Part shown: positions 10,448-19,411 of the stretch, in pieces
Layout of the letters: the number at the start of each line of letters is the position of its first letter
Numbering within the stretch: the stretch's first letter is position 1
From: a virus
Lineage: Duplodnaviria > Caudoviricetes
Length of the DNA stretch: 64,000 nt
Strand: one strand, 5' to 3'
Virus record (IMG/VR): IMGVR_UViG_2974668611_000001
Span: 16,618-80,617 of that record
Program-made: the position numbers and the translations under genes
Notes under the pieces: generated by a model
Databases searched by the model: none
Told to the model about the DNA's origin: nothing
The model's input: only the letters and a program-made list of their open reading frames with translations

Positions 10448-13400
10448 ATGGCAAGAAGTGCATTTGTTGAAGTTAACATTACTAACCCTACTAAACTAGC
10501 GCAAGATTCACAAGACACTGCCGACAAAGCGGTTCAAGGTGTCACAGATTTAAATGACCCTAATTTAATGTCCGTGATTGAAAAGCAAAACAACGTTGTG
10601 CAGTTCGCTGGTTTAACATCTCAATATAACGTTCTCGTTCAGAACGCTAAAGATGAGGGGATTAGCACAACCGCCGTAACTACGGCGTACGATAATTTAA
10701 ACAAGTTCATGGCTGACGTTCTAGCAGACCCTGACCACGCTAGTGACGTTGACCGTGTAACGTACAAGAAATATCAGGACGCTTATAATGAAGAATTAGC
10801 AAAACTTCAAAGTGCTCTGCAAAACAACGCAAACAATAAAATCACAAGTGCCGCTAGTGCTTCTAGTCAAGCGGCCTCAACAGCTAGTCAGGCGGCCAGC
10901 CAAGCACAGTCTGCTGTTGATTATACTAATAGTCAGATTGCTTCACAGGCAAGTGCTGTTTCAGAAGCTTCTAAGAGCGCTTCCGAAGCTTCATCGCAAG
11001 CTAATAGCGCTCTTGACACTGCCACTAGCGCTACTGCTGAAATCACAAAACTAAAAGGTGGCTCAACCTTAACCATTGCAGAATTAGAGAATGGTTTGGG
11101 TACGAAGGTTTCTAATGATACATTCACGACGTATCAGACGCAAACCACTAGTCAGTTTGCGGAGACAGTTAAAGAAGCCGACTTTCAAACTTACCAAACT
11201 CAAACAAGCAAATTGATTGAGGCAAAGGTTGATAACGGAACTTATCAAACGGATAAAACTCAAACAGCTAAAGATATTGCTTCAAAAGTTTCTTCTAGTG
11301 ATTTTGAATCTTATCAAACGCAAACAGATGGTATGATTGCCAGCAAGGTTTCTAAGAAAGACGCCAACAACGTTAACTTAATACCTTACTCTAGCAACTT
11401 TTCAGATTCTTTAGAAGGTTGGCAATTAATGGACTGGGGGGCAACTGATAGAAAACTATTAGTAACTACCCACACTTTCTACCAAAATGGTACTGGAAAG
11501 CTACTATATCTCAATACAGCGCAGAATGCAACTTCTGCCGCCGGTTCATTGCGATTTTCAGTGTTGCCAAACACCAAATATACATTCCAATTTAAGGCAT
11601 TTGCTTCATCTAATGTCGTTGGGGCCAATGTATATTTTCTGTCACGTGCTTATGGTTCAACTGAAGAATATGATACCGTCCATGGTTTGTTTAACAATCT
11701 AGTGACTTCTCCATCGCATATTGACCAGTATACAGTTACATTCACGACTGGTGCTAATGATAACGAAGGTTATATTCGAGTTGACAACATTGGGTCTAAT
11801 AATAGTGCTTCTTCTGGGTTATTCTTTACTGAACTAAAGATGGAGCCTGGTGATACTGCGACAAACTATATTTACGGCGGTCAAGATTCTATGATTTCTC
11901 AAATGTCTAACGATATTATTTTGAGGGTAACCAAAGATGACCTAATTGACCAAATTAATATTCAAGCTGGTAACACTTTGATTTCATCTAGTGGTCAATT
12001 GACATTATCTGGAAAAAGCGTCTTCCTTGATAGTGTCGACCCTGTTATCATGAAAAGTGCGAACATTGACACACTCCTTGTTGGTAAGAAATTGACGGCG
12101 GCTGACATTGCGGCTAATACTTTTACAACTAACAACGGGACTTTCACAGTAGACTCGAACGGTCTTGTCACAGCTACAAGTTTAATTATCCGTGGTTCAA
12201 CGAACCTAGTTTATAACTCAGCATTATCTGGTGGCAATGGCTCATATATTCCGGGGTGGACAATAGGTTCAATGGGGTATTTATCAAATGTTACTTTGCA
12301 TGACGGTGTCCCTTCTGTTGGGTTTAATAATTCAACTGGTTCTGGGAACTGGGTAAACTTTGGGCAGACCAAAAGAGTGCCACTAAATGGTTTAACTGGA
12401 CAGCCTTACAGTGCGTCAGTCTGGTTTATTGACGCCGGTAGTGACGCTACAATGACATACCAAATGGCACTAGCTTTCTATGACGCCAACGGTAACAGGT
12501 TGCCGGCTGGGAATTACACCAGTGTAAATTTACACGGGACTGGTAGTGCTCAGGCATGGCAGTATCTAACTATCGACGGTTTTAATGCTCCTAGCACTGC
12601 GTCATCTGTCGGCCTACAGTATTGGGCGTACAACGGCAAAGGCCATGCTTTATTTAGCTCACCAATGTTGACACAAACTGCTCATTCAACTGGTTATCAA
12701 CCAGACGCTGGTAACGTTGTTAGTGCCGGTACTGTTTTGGGTAGCATCATTAGTGGTTCAACCATTAATGCGACGACTTTCAACGGTGGTGACCTTATTA
12801 ATAATGCCAACAACACCAGTAATTTTTATCCATTTACCATTGAACCTACTGGTAAAGCTTCCACAACACTCTTCAACTCAATGGACGCTCTGAGAACAGA
12901 GATGAGTGGTGGCGGACTAAGAACCATGTATCGTGCGATAAATGCTTCTGGTAGCCAATATGAAGCTTATGACGGTAATTTTAGTGGTGACGCGATTTCT
13001 TTAAACTCTGGATTTACGAATGGTAGAGACACGTCGTTCTCACAATCTGTTTCTGGCAATCAATTAACTGGTCAAGTTGTGCTTAGCCCGTTGAACGGAA
13101 TTCATTTATGGGGGAGCACACAAGCTATTCATTTTAGTGGCCTTCAAATGAATGGGACGGGTATTACGTTTAACAGTTATGGCAATATCATTGCAGACCA
13201 AGCTTCTACTTGGTGGCGGGTTACCAATTTTTCTGGGTCTGATATTGCAAACTTTGGTACTGACACGGCTGGCTCTAACGTCATTCAGTTTAATCGTGAG
13301 CTAGACATTGGCAATATCCAGATTAATACTGGGCACACAGTAACTAGCGCTGATAAGGGGGCCATTCACTTTGCTAAAGGTGGGGGCGGAACTGTTGATA

Positions 13401-13789
13401 TTTATGCTGGCGCTGTTCACTACACAAGTCTTGTTAATTCGTCATTGCTTAGCGTTAAGCGAGACGTGAAGAAAGCAGACACCGCTTATTGGGCACAATT
13501 AGTCAATGCAATTGATTTAGCAACTTATCAATACAAAACAGATGATAACACTAGTCACATTAGATTGTCTGGTATTGTTGATGACGTTAATGAAACAAAA
13601 CAGTGGCAGTTACCGGACATTTTTATCAATCGCGATGAAAATGGAAAGTTAAGTGGTGTTGATAATAGTGTCTTGTTGAACGCCGCTTTGGCGACTATTC
13701 AAGAACAGCAAAAACAAATTTCTACCTTAAACGGGCATAATATGGAATTAGAATCAAGACTTAACAAGCTGGAGGATAAAATCAAATGA
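10448..13789 (+). CDS. Tail fibre/host-specificity protein with carbohydrate-binding modules and C-terminal intramolecular chaperone (peptidase S74-like)
   Basis: Ser/Ala coiled coil; FQTYQTQT repeats; two NL(I/V)xxS CBM-like modules; SSLLSVKRDV chaperone motif and terminal coiled coil. Confidence 0.8.
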   Translation: MARSAFVEVNITNPTKLAQDSQDTADKAVQGVTDLNDPNLMSVIEKQNNVVQFAGLTSQYNVLVQNAKDEGISTTAVTTAYDNLNKFMADVLADPDHASDVDRVTYKKYQDAYNEELAKLQSALQNNANNKITSAASASSQAASTASQAASQAQSAVDYTNSQIASQASAVSEASKSASEASSQANSALDTATSATAEITKLKGGSTLTIAELENGLGTKVSNDTFTTYQTQTTSQFAETVKEADFQTYQTQTSKLIEAKVDNGTYQTDKTQTAKDIASKVSSSDFESYQTQTDGMIASKVSKKDANNVNLIPYSSNFSDSLEGWQLMDWGATDRKLLVTTHTFYQNGTGKLLYLNTAQNATSAAGSLRFSVLPNTKYTFQFKAFASSNVVGANVYFLSRAYGSTEEYDTVHGLFNNLVTSPSHIDQYTVTFTTGANDNEGYIRVDNIGSNNSASSGLFFTELKMEPGDTATNYIYGGQDSMISQMSNDIILRVTKDDLIDQINIQAGNTLISSSGQLTLSGKSVFLDSVDPVIMKSANIDTLLVGKKLTAADIAANTFTTNNGTFTVDSNGLVTATSLIIRGSTNLVYNSALSGGNGSYIPGWTIGSMGYLSNVTLHDGVPSVGFNNSTGSGNWVNFGQTKRVPLNGLTGQPYSASVWFIDAGSDATMTYQMALAFYDANGNRLPAGNYTSVNLHGTGSAQAWQYLTIDGFNAPSTASSVGLQYWAYNGKGHALFSSPMLTQTAHSTGYQPDAGNVVSAGTVLGSIISGSTINATTFNGGDLINNANNTSNFYPFTIEPTGKASTTLFNSMDALRTEMSGGGLRTMYRAINASGSQYEAYDGNFSGDAISLNSGFTNGRDTSFSQSVSGNQLTGQVVLSPLNGIHLWGSTQAIHFSGLQMNGTGITFNSYGNIIADQASTWWRVTNFSGSDIANFGTDTAGSNVIQFNRELDIGNIQINTGHTVTSADKGAIHFAKGGGGTVDIYAGAVHYTSLVNSSLLSVKRDVKKADTAYWAQLVNAIDLATYQYKTDDNTSHIRLSGIVDDVNETKQWQLPDIFINRDENGKLSGVDNSVLLNAALATIQEQQKQISTLNGHNMELESRLNKLEDKIK

Positions 13790-14007
13790 ACAACATCTTA
13801 ATTACGAATTATAAACCAGATTATACGAATAACATTATGACCATTAGTATTCAGATTAACACATTAGCGATTAGTTCACAAGTAAGCATTACTATGGACG
13901 AGTTCAATACCGCTATTATAGGCGGTGTAGATAATGTTAAATTGAAAGTGCTGAATACATTGATTGATAGTTTAACTGCATTAAAACCATCTAGCGAAGA
14001 AAAATAG
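13786..14007 (+). CDS. Small tail-module protein
   Basis: ATGA overlap with the fibre gene; RBS GGAGG. Confidence 0.7.
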   Translation: MNNILITNYKPDYTNNIMTISIQINTLAISSQVSITMDEFNTAIIGGVDNVKLKVLNTLIDSLTALKPSSEEK

Positions 14008-14021
14008 GAGGAAATTAAACT

Positions 14022-14444
14022 ATGAAATTTGAATTACAAAATCAATTCGTCTCACCATCAATTGAATTCCTAAAAAGATTACCACTCGCTGGCTATCAAT
14101 CAATCGCTAGAACACGTTTGATTAAAATGTTGTCTGACAAGAATGATGAAATTGTTGGTCTTCAAAAAGACCTGATTAAAGAATATGCTGAAAAAGATGA
14201 TAAGGGTGAACCTATTGTTAAAGATGGTCAGTATAACTTTACGTCCGAAAATGATTTAGCTTTCAGAAAAGCTTATTTTGAATTGATGATGGAAAATGGT
14301 GAAATTGAAAAAGCCACTTATTCACATCATAAAGAAGATTGTCAAAGCTTCTTATTAAACGCAGACATTAACGTGTCTGGTGATGAAGCAACATGTTACG
14401 ACGCGTTATGTGAAGCGTTAGATGTTGACTTTGACAAGCGATAG
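14022..14444 (+). CDS. DUF1617-like phage protein
   Basis: SIARTRLIK and EYAEKDDKGEP motifs; typical position after the fibre gene. Confidence 0.6.
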   Translation: MKFELQNQFVSPSIEFLKRLPLAGYQSIARTRLIKMLSDKNDEIVGLQKDLIKEYAEKDDKGEPIVKDGQYNFTSENDLAFRKAYFELMMENGEIEKATYSHHKEDCQSFLLNADINVSGDEATCYDALCEALDVDFDKR

Positions 14445-14460
14445 AAAGGAATGATTTGGT

Positions 14461-15660
14461 TTGGCAAAAACATTAGAATATGCTGATACTTCCGCTCAAA
14501 CCGTAAAAATTGGCGACACAACCACCAGTTTTGTGATGGTGTTGGGTGAGGATAGCAATCCTGTTGACCTTACCAATGCTACAAGCATTATTGCCAAGCT
14601 AGGTAACAGTACCGGCTACCTAAAATCGCAAACAATCACTTCTGACAATATCCCAGACCCGTTGTCTGGTCAGGTGGTTATTAAATTTGACTCTGATTTT
14701 ATGAGTGGGCTTCCAGCAGGTTCTTACTTGTTAGAAGTTTGGGTAACTTATGATAGTGGGGTTGCTATCTACCCTAGTGGTGCTTTAACAGGGTTCACAA
14801 TCAATAATAACATTGAAAGTCAATCTGGCTCAGTTATTACAACAATTAGTTATGAAGATTTTGTCGAAGCAATGAATAAGGCCGCAAGTACGATTGCTAA
14901 GGGTGACAAAGGTGATAAAGGTGACATTGGGCCACAAGGTGTTATGACAAATGAACAAGTTAACACAGCTATTGACAGCAAGATAAAGTATACTTCTATC
15001 CCGAATGGTACTGACTTATTCACTCACATTAATAACACGGGGAATACAGAACATTTGTGTACAAATTCTAATGCGGCCGCTATGTCATTGTTGAACTGCC
15101 CCGTGACAACGGTATTCACACTTGATATTAAAACCGCTTCACCAGCAAACAGACCAACAGGTTCTGCTGGTGGCCCTACGTGGGTTTATAATCAGCTTGA
15201 ACTTCACCCATACCAATCTAGCGATATTTACACAACATCTATCGAAACAGATGGTAATGGTGCATTTGTTACTCACCCATGGAAAAAGCTTGCTACTCAA
15301 ACGTCTGGTACTTTAGATGTTGAGTCAGCATTCTATAAATCTGGTACGACTAGTAGCACAGGGGCTTTGAATTACGTGCTAACCGGCAATGTATTACACG
15401 TCAGCGGTGTGGTTTCCCCAAGTGCTGACCTAGCCATTGGGTCGGCTACTGTATTGTTCAACTTACCATCTTCAATTGGCACTATCGCAGAGAATGTTGC
15501 TGTTGTTCAGCAATCATCTGGGTGGAACTTATACTGTTTATCGTGGCTTCCAAACGGTGCTGTGTCGGTATTGAAACACAATACTGCTGGTACTGCAACA
15601 GCAATTACGACCACAACCCAGCTACAAGTATGCGCTGATATTATTATTAATCCTAAGTAA
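14461..15660 (+). CDS. Minor tail protein (BppU-like N-terminus, short collagen-like repeat, C-terminal receptor-binding-like domain)
   Basis: VKIGDT, LPAGSYLLEVWV and IYPS motifs; KGDKGDKGDIGPQG. Confidence 0.7.
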   Translation: MAKTLEYADTSAQTVKIGDTTTSFVMVLGEDSNPVDLTNATSIIAKLGNSTGYLKSQTITSDNIPDPLSGQVVIKFDSDFMSGLPAGSYLLEVWVTYDSGVAIYPSGALTGFTINNNIESQSGSVITTISYEDFVEAMNKAASTIAKGDKGDKGDIGPQGVMTNEQVNTAIDSKIKYTSIPNGTDLFTHINNTGNTEHLCTNSNAAAMSLLNCPVTTVFTLDIKTASPANRPTGSAGGPTWVYNQLELHPYQSSDIYTTSIETDGNGAFVTHPWKKLATQTSGTLDVESAFYKSGTTSSTGALNYVLTGNVLHVSGVVSPSADLAIGSATVLFNLPSSIGTIAENVAVVQQSSGWNLYCLSWLPNGAVSVLKHNTAGTATAITTTTQLQVCADIIINPK

Positions 15661-15733
15661 CAATAAAATTTGAATTTTACTCTGAAATAAACTATTGATA
15701 AGTGAACATTAATATATAAAAGGAGACAAAAAG

Positions 15734-17125
15734 ATGAACAAACGACTAAAACACGTACTATATGGTACTGCATTAGCATTATCGTTAGGATTATCTGCTT
15801 CTGCTATTAGCACGCAGAATGCCAGTGCCGCCAACACTAGTGATGGTGCCATTGTTAAGAAAGTGGTCGATATTTCGGAATGGCAAGGTAATGTGTCTTA
15901 TCAGAAAGCTTTAGCTTTGAAATCTGAAACTTCATTTGTAATTGTCCGTGTTCAATACGGTTCTAATTACCAGGACGTTCAATACAAGAACACGATTGCC
16001 AACCTCGAAAAGGCCGGGACACCATATGGTGTTTATTCTTATTCACGCTATGTGAATGCTTCTGACGCCAAACAAGAAGCTAAAGATTTATACAGTCGTG
16101 CTAAGAATGCTAAGTTCTTTGTTAACGACGCAGAAGAAGTTACTACGACTAGTGGCTCTTATTCCAGTGCTGTTAAGGCTTGGGGTGCTGAAATGCAAAG
16201 TCTCACCAGCAAACCAGTTATCTTATATTCTGGTAGTTATTTCTACAATAATTATATTGGAACCATGAGCAACTATGACGCTTTCTGGGAAGCTAACTAT
16301 AGCAACCATTATCTCAAAGACCCAGCATTATGGCAATACACAGATTCTGGTTATTCAACTAGTCTTGGCTTAGGTGTTGATACCAACAAGGTTATCACGT
16401 CTAAACACCCTGTGAAGTGGTGGATTGGTTCTAGTGCGGCTGACAAGCAGAACGTAGACAAGTATCACGTTGGCGGATTCAAGGTTGGCGACAAGGTTAA
16501 GATTAACTCTAACGTCGCTAAATGGGACGCTGGCGATACTAAGACTCCAATTGATAGTTCTGTACTAAAGAAGACCTATACTGTTGGTCAAATCAAGCAA
16601 GTAACGGAAGGTAAATCTAACCAGATGCTCTTGTTAAAGAGTGGCAACACTGTTGTTGGTTGGACGTTAGCTGAACACGTTACGAAGCAAGGTTCTAGCT
16701 CAAACTCTAGCTCATCTAACAGCAACAAGGCTTCCAGCCAGACCTATAACCAAAACGGTACGTTCTACCCAAACACTACTCTGAATGTTCGTACTGGCGC
16801 TGGTACCAACTATTCTAAGGTAGCCACTTATTACAGCGGCGAAAGTGTTAAGTATAACCAAGTAATCATCAAGTCTGACTATGTGTGGGCTAGATATTTA
16901 CGTTCTAACGGTTATTATGGATATATTGCTCTGGGCGTAAGCGGTGGCGAAAGCTACGGCAAGCGTGTTGTCGGCTCTTCTCATACCTATTATACAGTTA
17001 AATCTGGTGACAGTCTATGGAAGATTGCCAATGACCATGGGACTACGATTAGTAATTTAACTAGTCTTAACGGAATTTCGATGTATAGCACAATCTATCC
17101 AAACCAACGACTAATTATCAGCTGA
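15734..17125 (+). CDS. Endolysin: signal peptide, GH25 muramidase, SH3 domains, LysM
   Basis: Sec-type leader; VVDISEWQG, NDAEE, LWQYT; LNVRTGAG (SH3); YTVKSGDSLWKIA (LysM). Confidence 0.92.
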   Translation: MNKRLKHVLYGTALALSLGLSASAISTQNASAANTSDGAIVKKVVDISEWQGNVSYQKALALKSETSFVIVRVQYGSNYQDVQYKNTIANLEKAGTPYGVYSYSRYVNASDAKQEAKDLYSRAKNAKFFVNDAEEVTTTSGSYSSAVKAWGAEMQSLTSKPVILYSGSYFYNNYIGTMSNYDAFWEANYSNHYLKDPALWQYTDSGYSTSLGLGVDTNKVITSKHPVKWWIGSSAADKQNVDKYHVGGFKVGDKVKINSNVAKWDAGDTKTPIDSSVLKKTYTVGQIKQVTEGKSNQMLLLKSGNTVVGWTLAEHVTKQGSSSNSSSSNSNKASSQTYNQNGTFYPNTTLNVRTGAGTNYSKVATYYSGESVKYNQVIIKSDYVWARYLRSNGYYGYIALGVSGGESYGKRVVGSSHTYYTVKSGDSLWKIANDHGTTISNLTSLNGISMYSTIYPNQRLIIS

Positions 17126-17142
17126 TAAGGGAGGTTCACCAC

Positions 17143-17481
17143 ATGGTATTGAGTAACATTATTGCCGCCGTTCCGCCTCATTATTTTTTTGGGTATAATC
17201 TCAGTGAGTGGACGGAATTGATTGCCATTGTGAGTGCTTTTTTATCACTAGTTTCTTGGCTGTTTAAACGTGTTATTATTGACCCGTTAATGGAAAAGAT
17301 TAGTGACTTAGGTGACAGTATTAAGCAACTGTCTGCTACGCAGAATGAAGACTCTAATACGTTTATGCAAACGTTAGAGAAACACACCGAAGAACTTGGC
17401 GAAGTTAAGATTACAATGGCGAGGCACGATGAAGAATTAAGGTCTCTTTGGAAGGGGAGAAATAAACATGGACAAGATTAA
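17143..17481 (+). CDS. Lysis-module membrane protein (holin/antiholin-like)
   Basis: One TM helix plus coiled coil; directly after the lysin. Confidence 0.6.
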   Translation: MVLSNIIAAVPPHYFFGYNLSEWTELIAIVSAFLSLVSWLFKRVIIDPLMEKISDLGDSIKQLSATQNEDSNTFMQTLEKHTEELGEVKITMARHDEELRSLWKGRNKHGQD

Positions 17482-18076
17482 AACTGCATTTAACAACTTT
17501 ATTGCTCAATTCGTAAAAACATTTGAAGCTAACAAGACCAAGCCTAGCTACTGGTTACAAATTATTGGTTCCATTTTAATTATCGGTTTGGCTATTGGCT
17601 CAGCATTCTTTGGCTTGAAGATTGACCGCAGTGATGTTCTTATGACGTTTACGGTTATTGGTTCAGTGCTCGCATTCGTGGGTACTGTTACAGATAACTC
17701 TATCCTTGAAAACGTCGGCAACGGTATTAAAGACGATTCTGACAGCTTAACGAATAGCGAACAGGACGTTCTTAACAAGCTTGTTGAAGCTCAAAAGGCT
17801 ATTGAAAATGCAAAGAAGCCTGCTGAAAAGGCGCAGTTGGCATTGAGTGCCGCTAACGAAGCCCAATCCGTAGCGGATAGTTTAGCAAGTGAGTTATCTA
17901 AAGAAGCCGTTTCAGACGCAAGCGTTAATCCACAGGTTGTGACGCAGGCCGTAACTAGTGAATCAGCTAGTGTTGCTGAACCAGCTAGTGCTATTTCAGA
18001 AGCGCCGGTAAGTGAAGCCACGTCAGAAGTTTCTAGCGAAGCTCCTGTTAGTGAAGTTCCTTCTAGCGAAGCCTAG
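17468..18076 (+). CDS. Holin
   Basis: Two TM helices and a low-complexity S/E/A tail; lysis module position. Confidence 0.65.
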   Translation: MDKIKTAFNNFIAQFVKTFEANKTKPSYWLQIIGSILIIGLAIGSAFFGLKIDRSDVLMTFTVIGSVLAFVGTVTDNSILENVGNGIKDDSDSLTNSEQDVLNKLVEAQKAIENAKKPAEKAQLALSAANEAQSVADSLASELSKEAVSDASVNPQVVTQAVTSESASVAEPASAISEAPVSEATSEVSSEAPVSEVPSSEA

Positions 18077-18081
18077 TATTA

Positions 18082-18110
18082 ATCCTCACATTATGTGGGG
18101 GTACATAAAA
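18082..18110 (+). promoter_or_regulatory. Hairpin + TACATAA element, copy 3
   Basis: CCTCACA-TTA-TGTGGGG, G, TACATAAAA, upstream of the recombinase gene. Confidence 0.55.
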
Positions 18111-18133
18111 TATAAAGGGAATGGTGAGATACA

Positions 18134-19108
18134 ATGGAACTATTTAATCAAGAAGTCTGGGACACAAAAGTCAAAGACGAAGACAAAGAAGCCTTAGAAG
18201 ATTACTTATTGGAGCTAGAAGCCAACGGTCGTGCTGTTAAAACTCGTTACCAATATAAGGCAGATATTCGTGGATTTTTATGTTACTCAAATAAGAAGTA
18301 CCCTAAAAAAACTGTAACACAATTAAAGCGTAAAGACTTTCGTAACTTTTTTTTATTAATGCAACGTGATGGTACTAGCCATGCACGTATTAATCGTTTT
18401 CAGAGTAGTATAAGAAACTTTCTGGAATATCTTACTATTAGTGAAGATTATGAGTATGAAATTAATCAAATGCACGCCATTAAGGGTTTAATCAAAGAAC
18501 CCGTTAAGACACACACTTACTTGACAGATGGCGAAATAAATATGCTTCTTGATTATTTAATTCGTCACAAGAAATATGAAAAAGCGTTATTTGTTAGTCT
18601 TGCATACGAATCATGCGGTCGTCGGAATGAAATTCTTCAAGTTAAAAAGGACGGATTTGTTAAATCAAATCAAACAAATACCGTTATTGGTAAGCGTGCA
18701 AAGCGTTTTGAATTGATTTATTTTAAGCGCACACAACAGATTGCAGACCTTTATTTAAAGCAACGTGGCGACGATGACATTGACAGTCTATGGATTTCAG
18801 ACTACGGTGAAGAACGCCATGTCATTAACTACTCTGTTTTTTACGAGTGGTGCAATCAATTCGGACGAATTTTGACAAAGCTTACTGGTCGTGAAGTCGC
18901 TGTTCACCCTCACGACTTTAGACGGACAGGCCTTGAAAACTATTCTGTCGGCACTCACCATGTGTTAGTAGAGTCTGACAAGAAGGCATTACCACTAGAA
19001 GTATTGAAGCTGGTAGCTCATCATTCAAGTTCTGAAACGACAGAAGGCTACTTAAAGAACCATGATGATGATAAATTAAGTAATGCGTTCGGGATTGAAA
19101 TTGAATAA
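18134..19108 (+). CDS. Tyrosine recombinase (Xer/integrase family)
   Basis: SAM-like N-terminal domain; catalytic R (CGRRNE), HxxR (HDFRR), H (AHH) and Y (TEGY). Confidence 0.9.
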   Translation: MELFNQEVWDTKVKDEDKEALEDYLLELEANGRAVKTRYQYKADIRGFLCYSNKKYPKKTVTQLKRKDFRNFFLLMQRDGTSHARINRFQSSIRNFLEYLTISEDYEYEINQMHAIKGLIKEPVKTHTYLTDGEINMLLDYLIRHKKYEKALFVSLAYESCGRRNEILQVKKDGFVKSNQTNTVIGKRAKRFELIYFKRTQQIADLYLKQRGDDDIDSLWISDYGEERHVINYSVFYEWCNQFGRILTKLTGREVAVHPHDFRRTGLENYSVGTHHVLVESDKKALPLEVLKLVAHHSSSETTEGYLKNHDDDKLSNAFGIEIE

Positions 19109-19123
19109 GGAGTGTTTTAAATT

Positions 19124-19372
19124 ATGAATACAATTGAAGTAAGAGATGGAGAAGCAGGCTTAACACGAGCCGTTCTATTTGATTCTCGTGCAAAAGGCAT
19201 GGCGGCATTCTTCACAAAGCGTGATTTAGATGATTACCTTGAACTATTATACTACAAGAATAACAAAGATGACACCAAAATCAATAAAAGAAAATACAAC
19301 GCGATGGTTAAAAAGTTGAACATTGATGAGTATGATTATTGTGGGGTAAAATTAGGATATTTAGTAAAATAA
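19124..19372 (+). CDS. Hypothetical protein
   Basis: RBS AGGAG; lies before the terminator. Confidence 0.65.
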   Translation: MNTIEVRDGEAGLTRAVLFDSRAKGMAAFFTKRDLDDYLELLYYKNNKDDTKINKRKYNAMVKKLNIDEYDYCGVKLGYLVK

Positions 19373-19380
19373 AAACACGA

Positions 19381-19411
19381 AAAGGACACCCAAAATAGGG
19401 TGCCCTTTTTT
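19381..19411. terminator. Bidirectional terminator between convergent gene blocks
   Basis: GGACACCC-AAAATA-GGGTGCCC with A run before and T run after. Confidence 0.75.

Noticed and set aside
10448-15660. Diversity-generating retroelement or invertible tail-fibre cassette
   Set aside because: No reverse transcriptase, template repeat or inverted fibre cassettes seen
811-17778. Many short alternative-frame and antisense ORFs inside the tail and lysis genes
   Set aside because: Shadows of long genes with biased codons; no RBS or motifs
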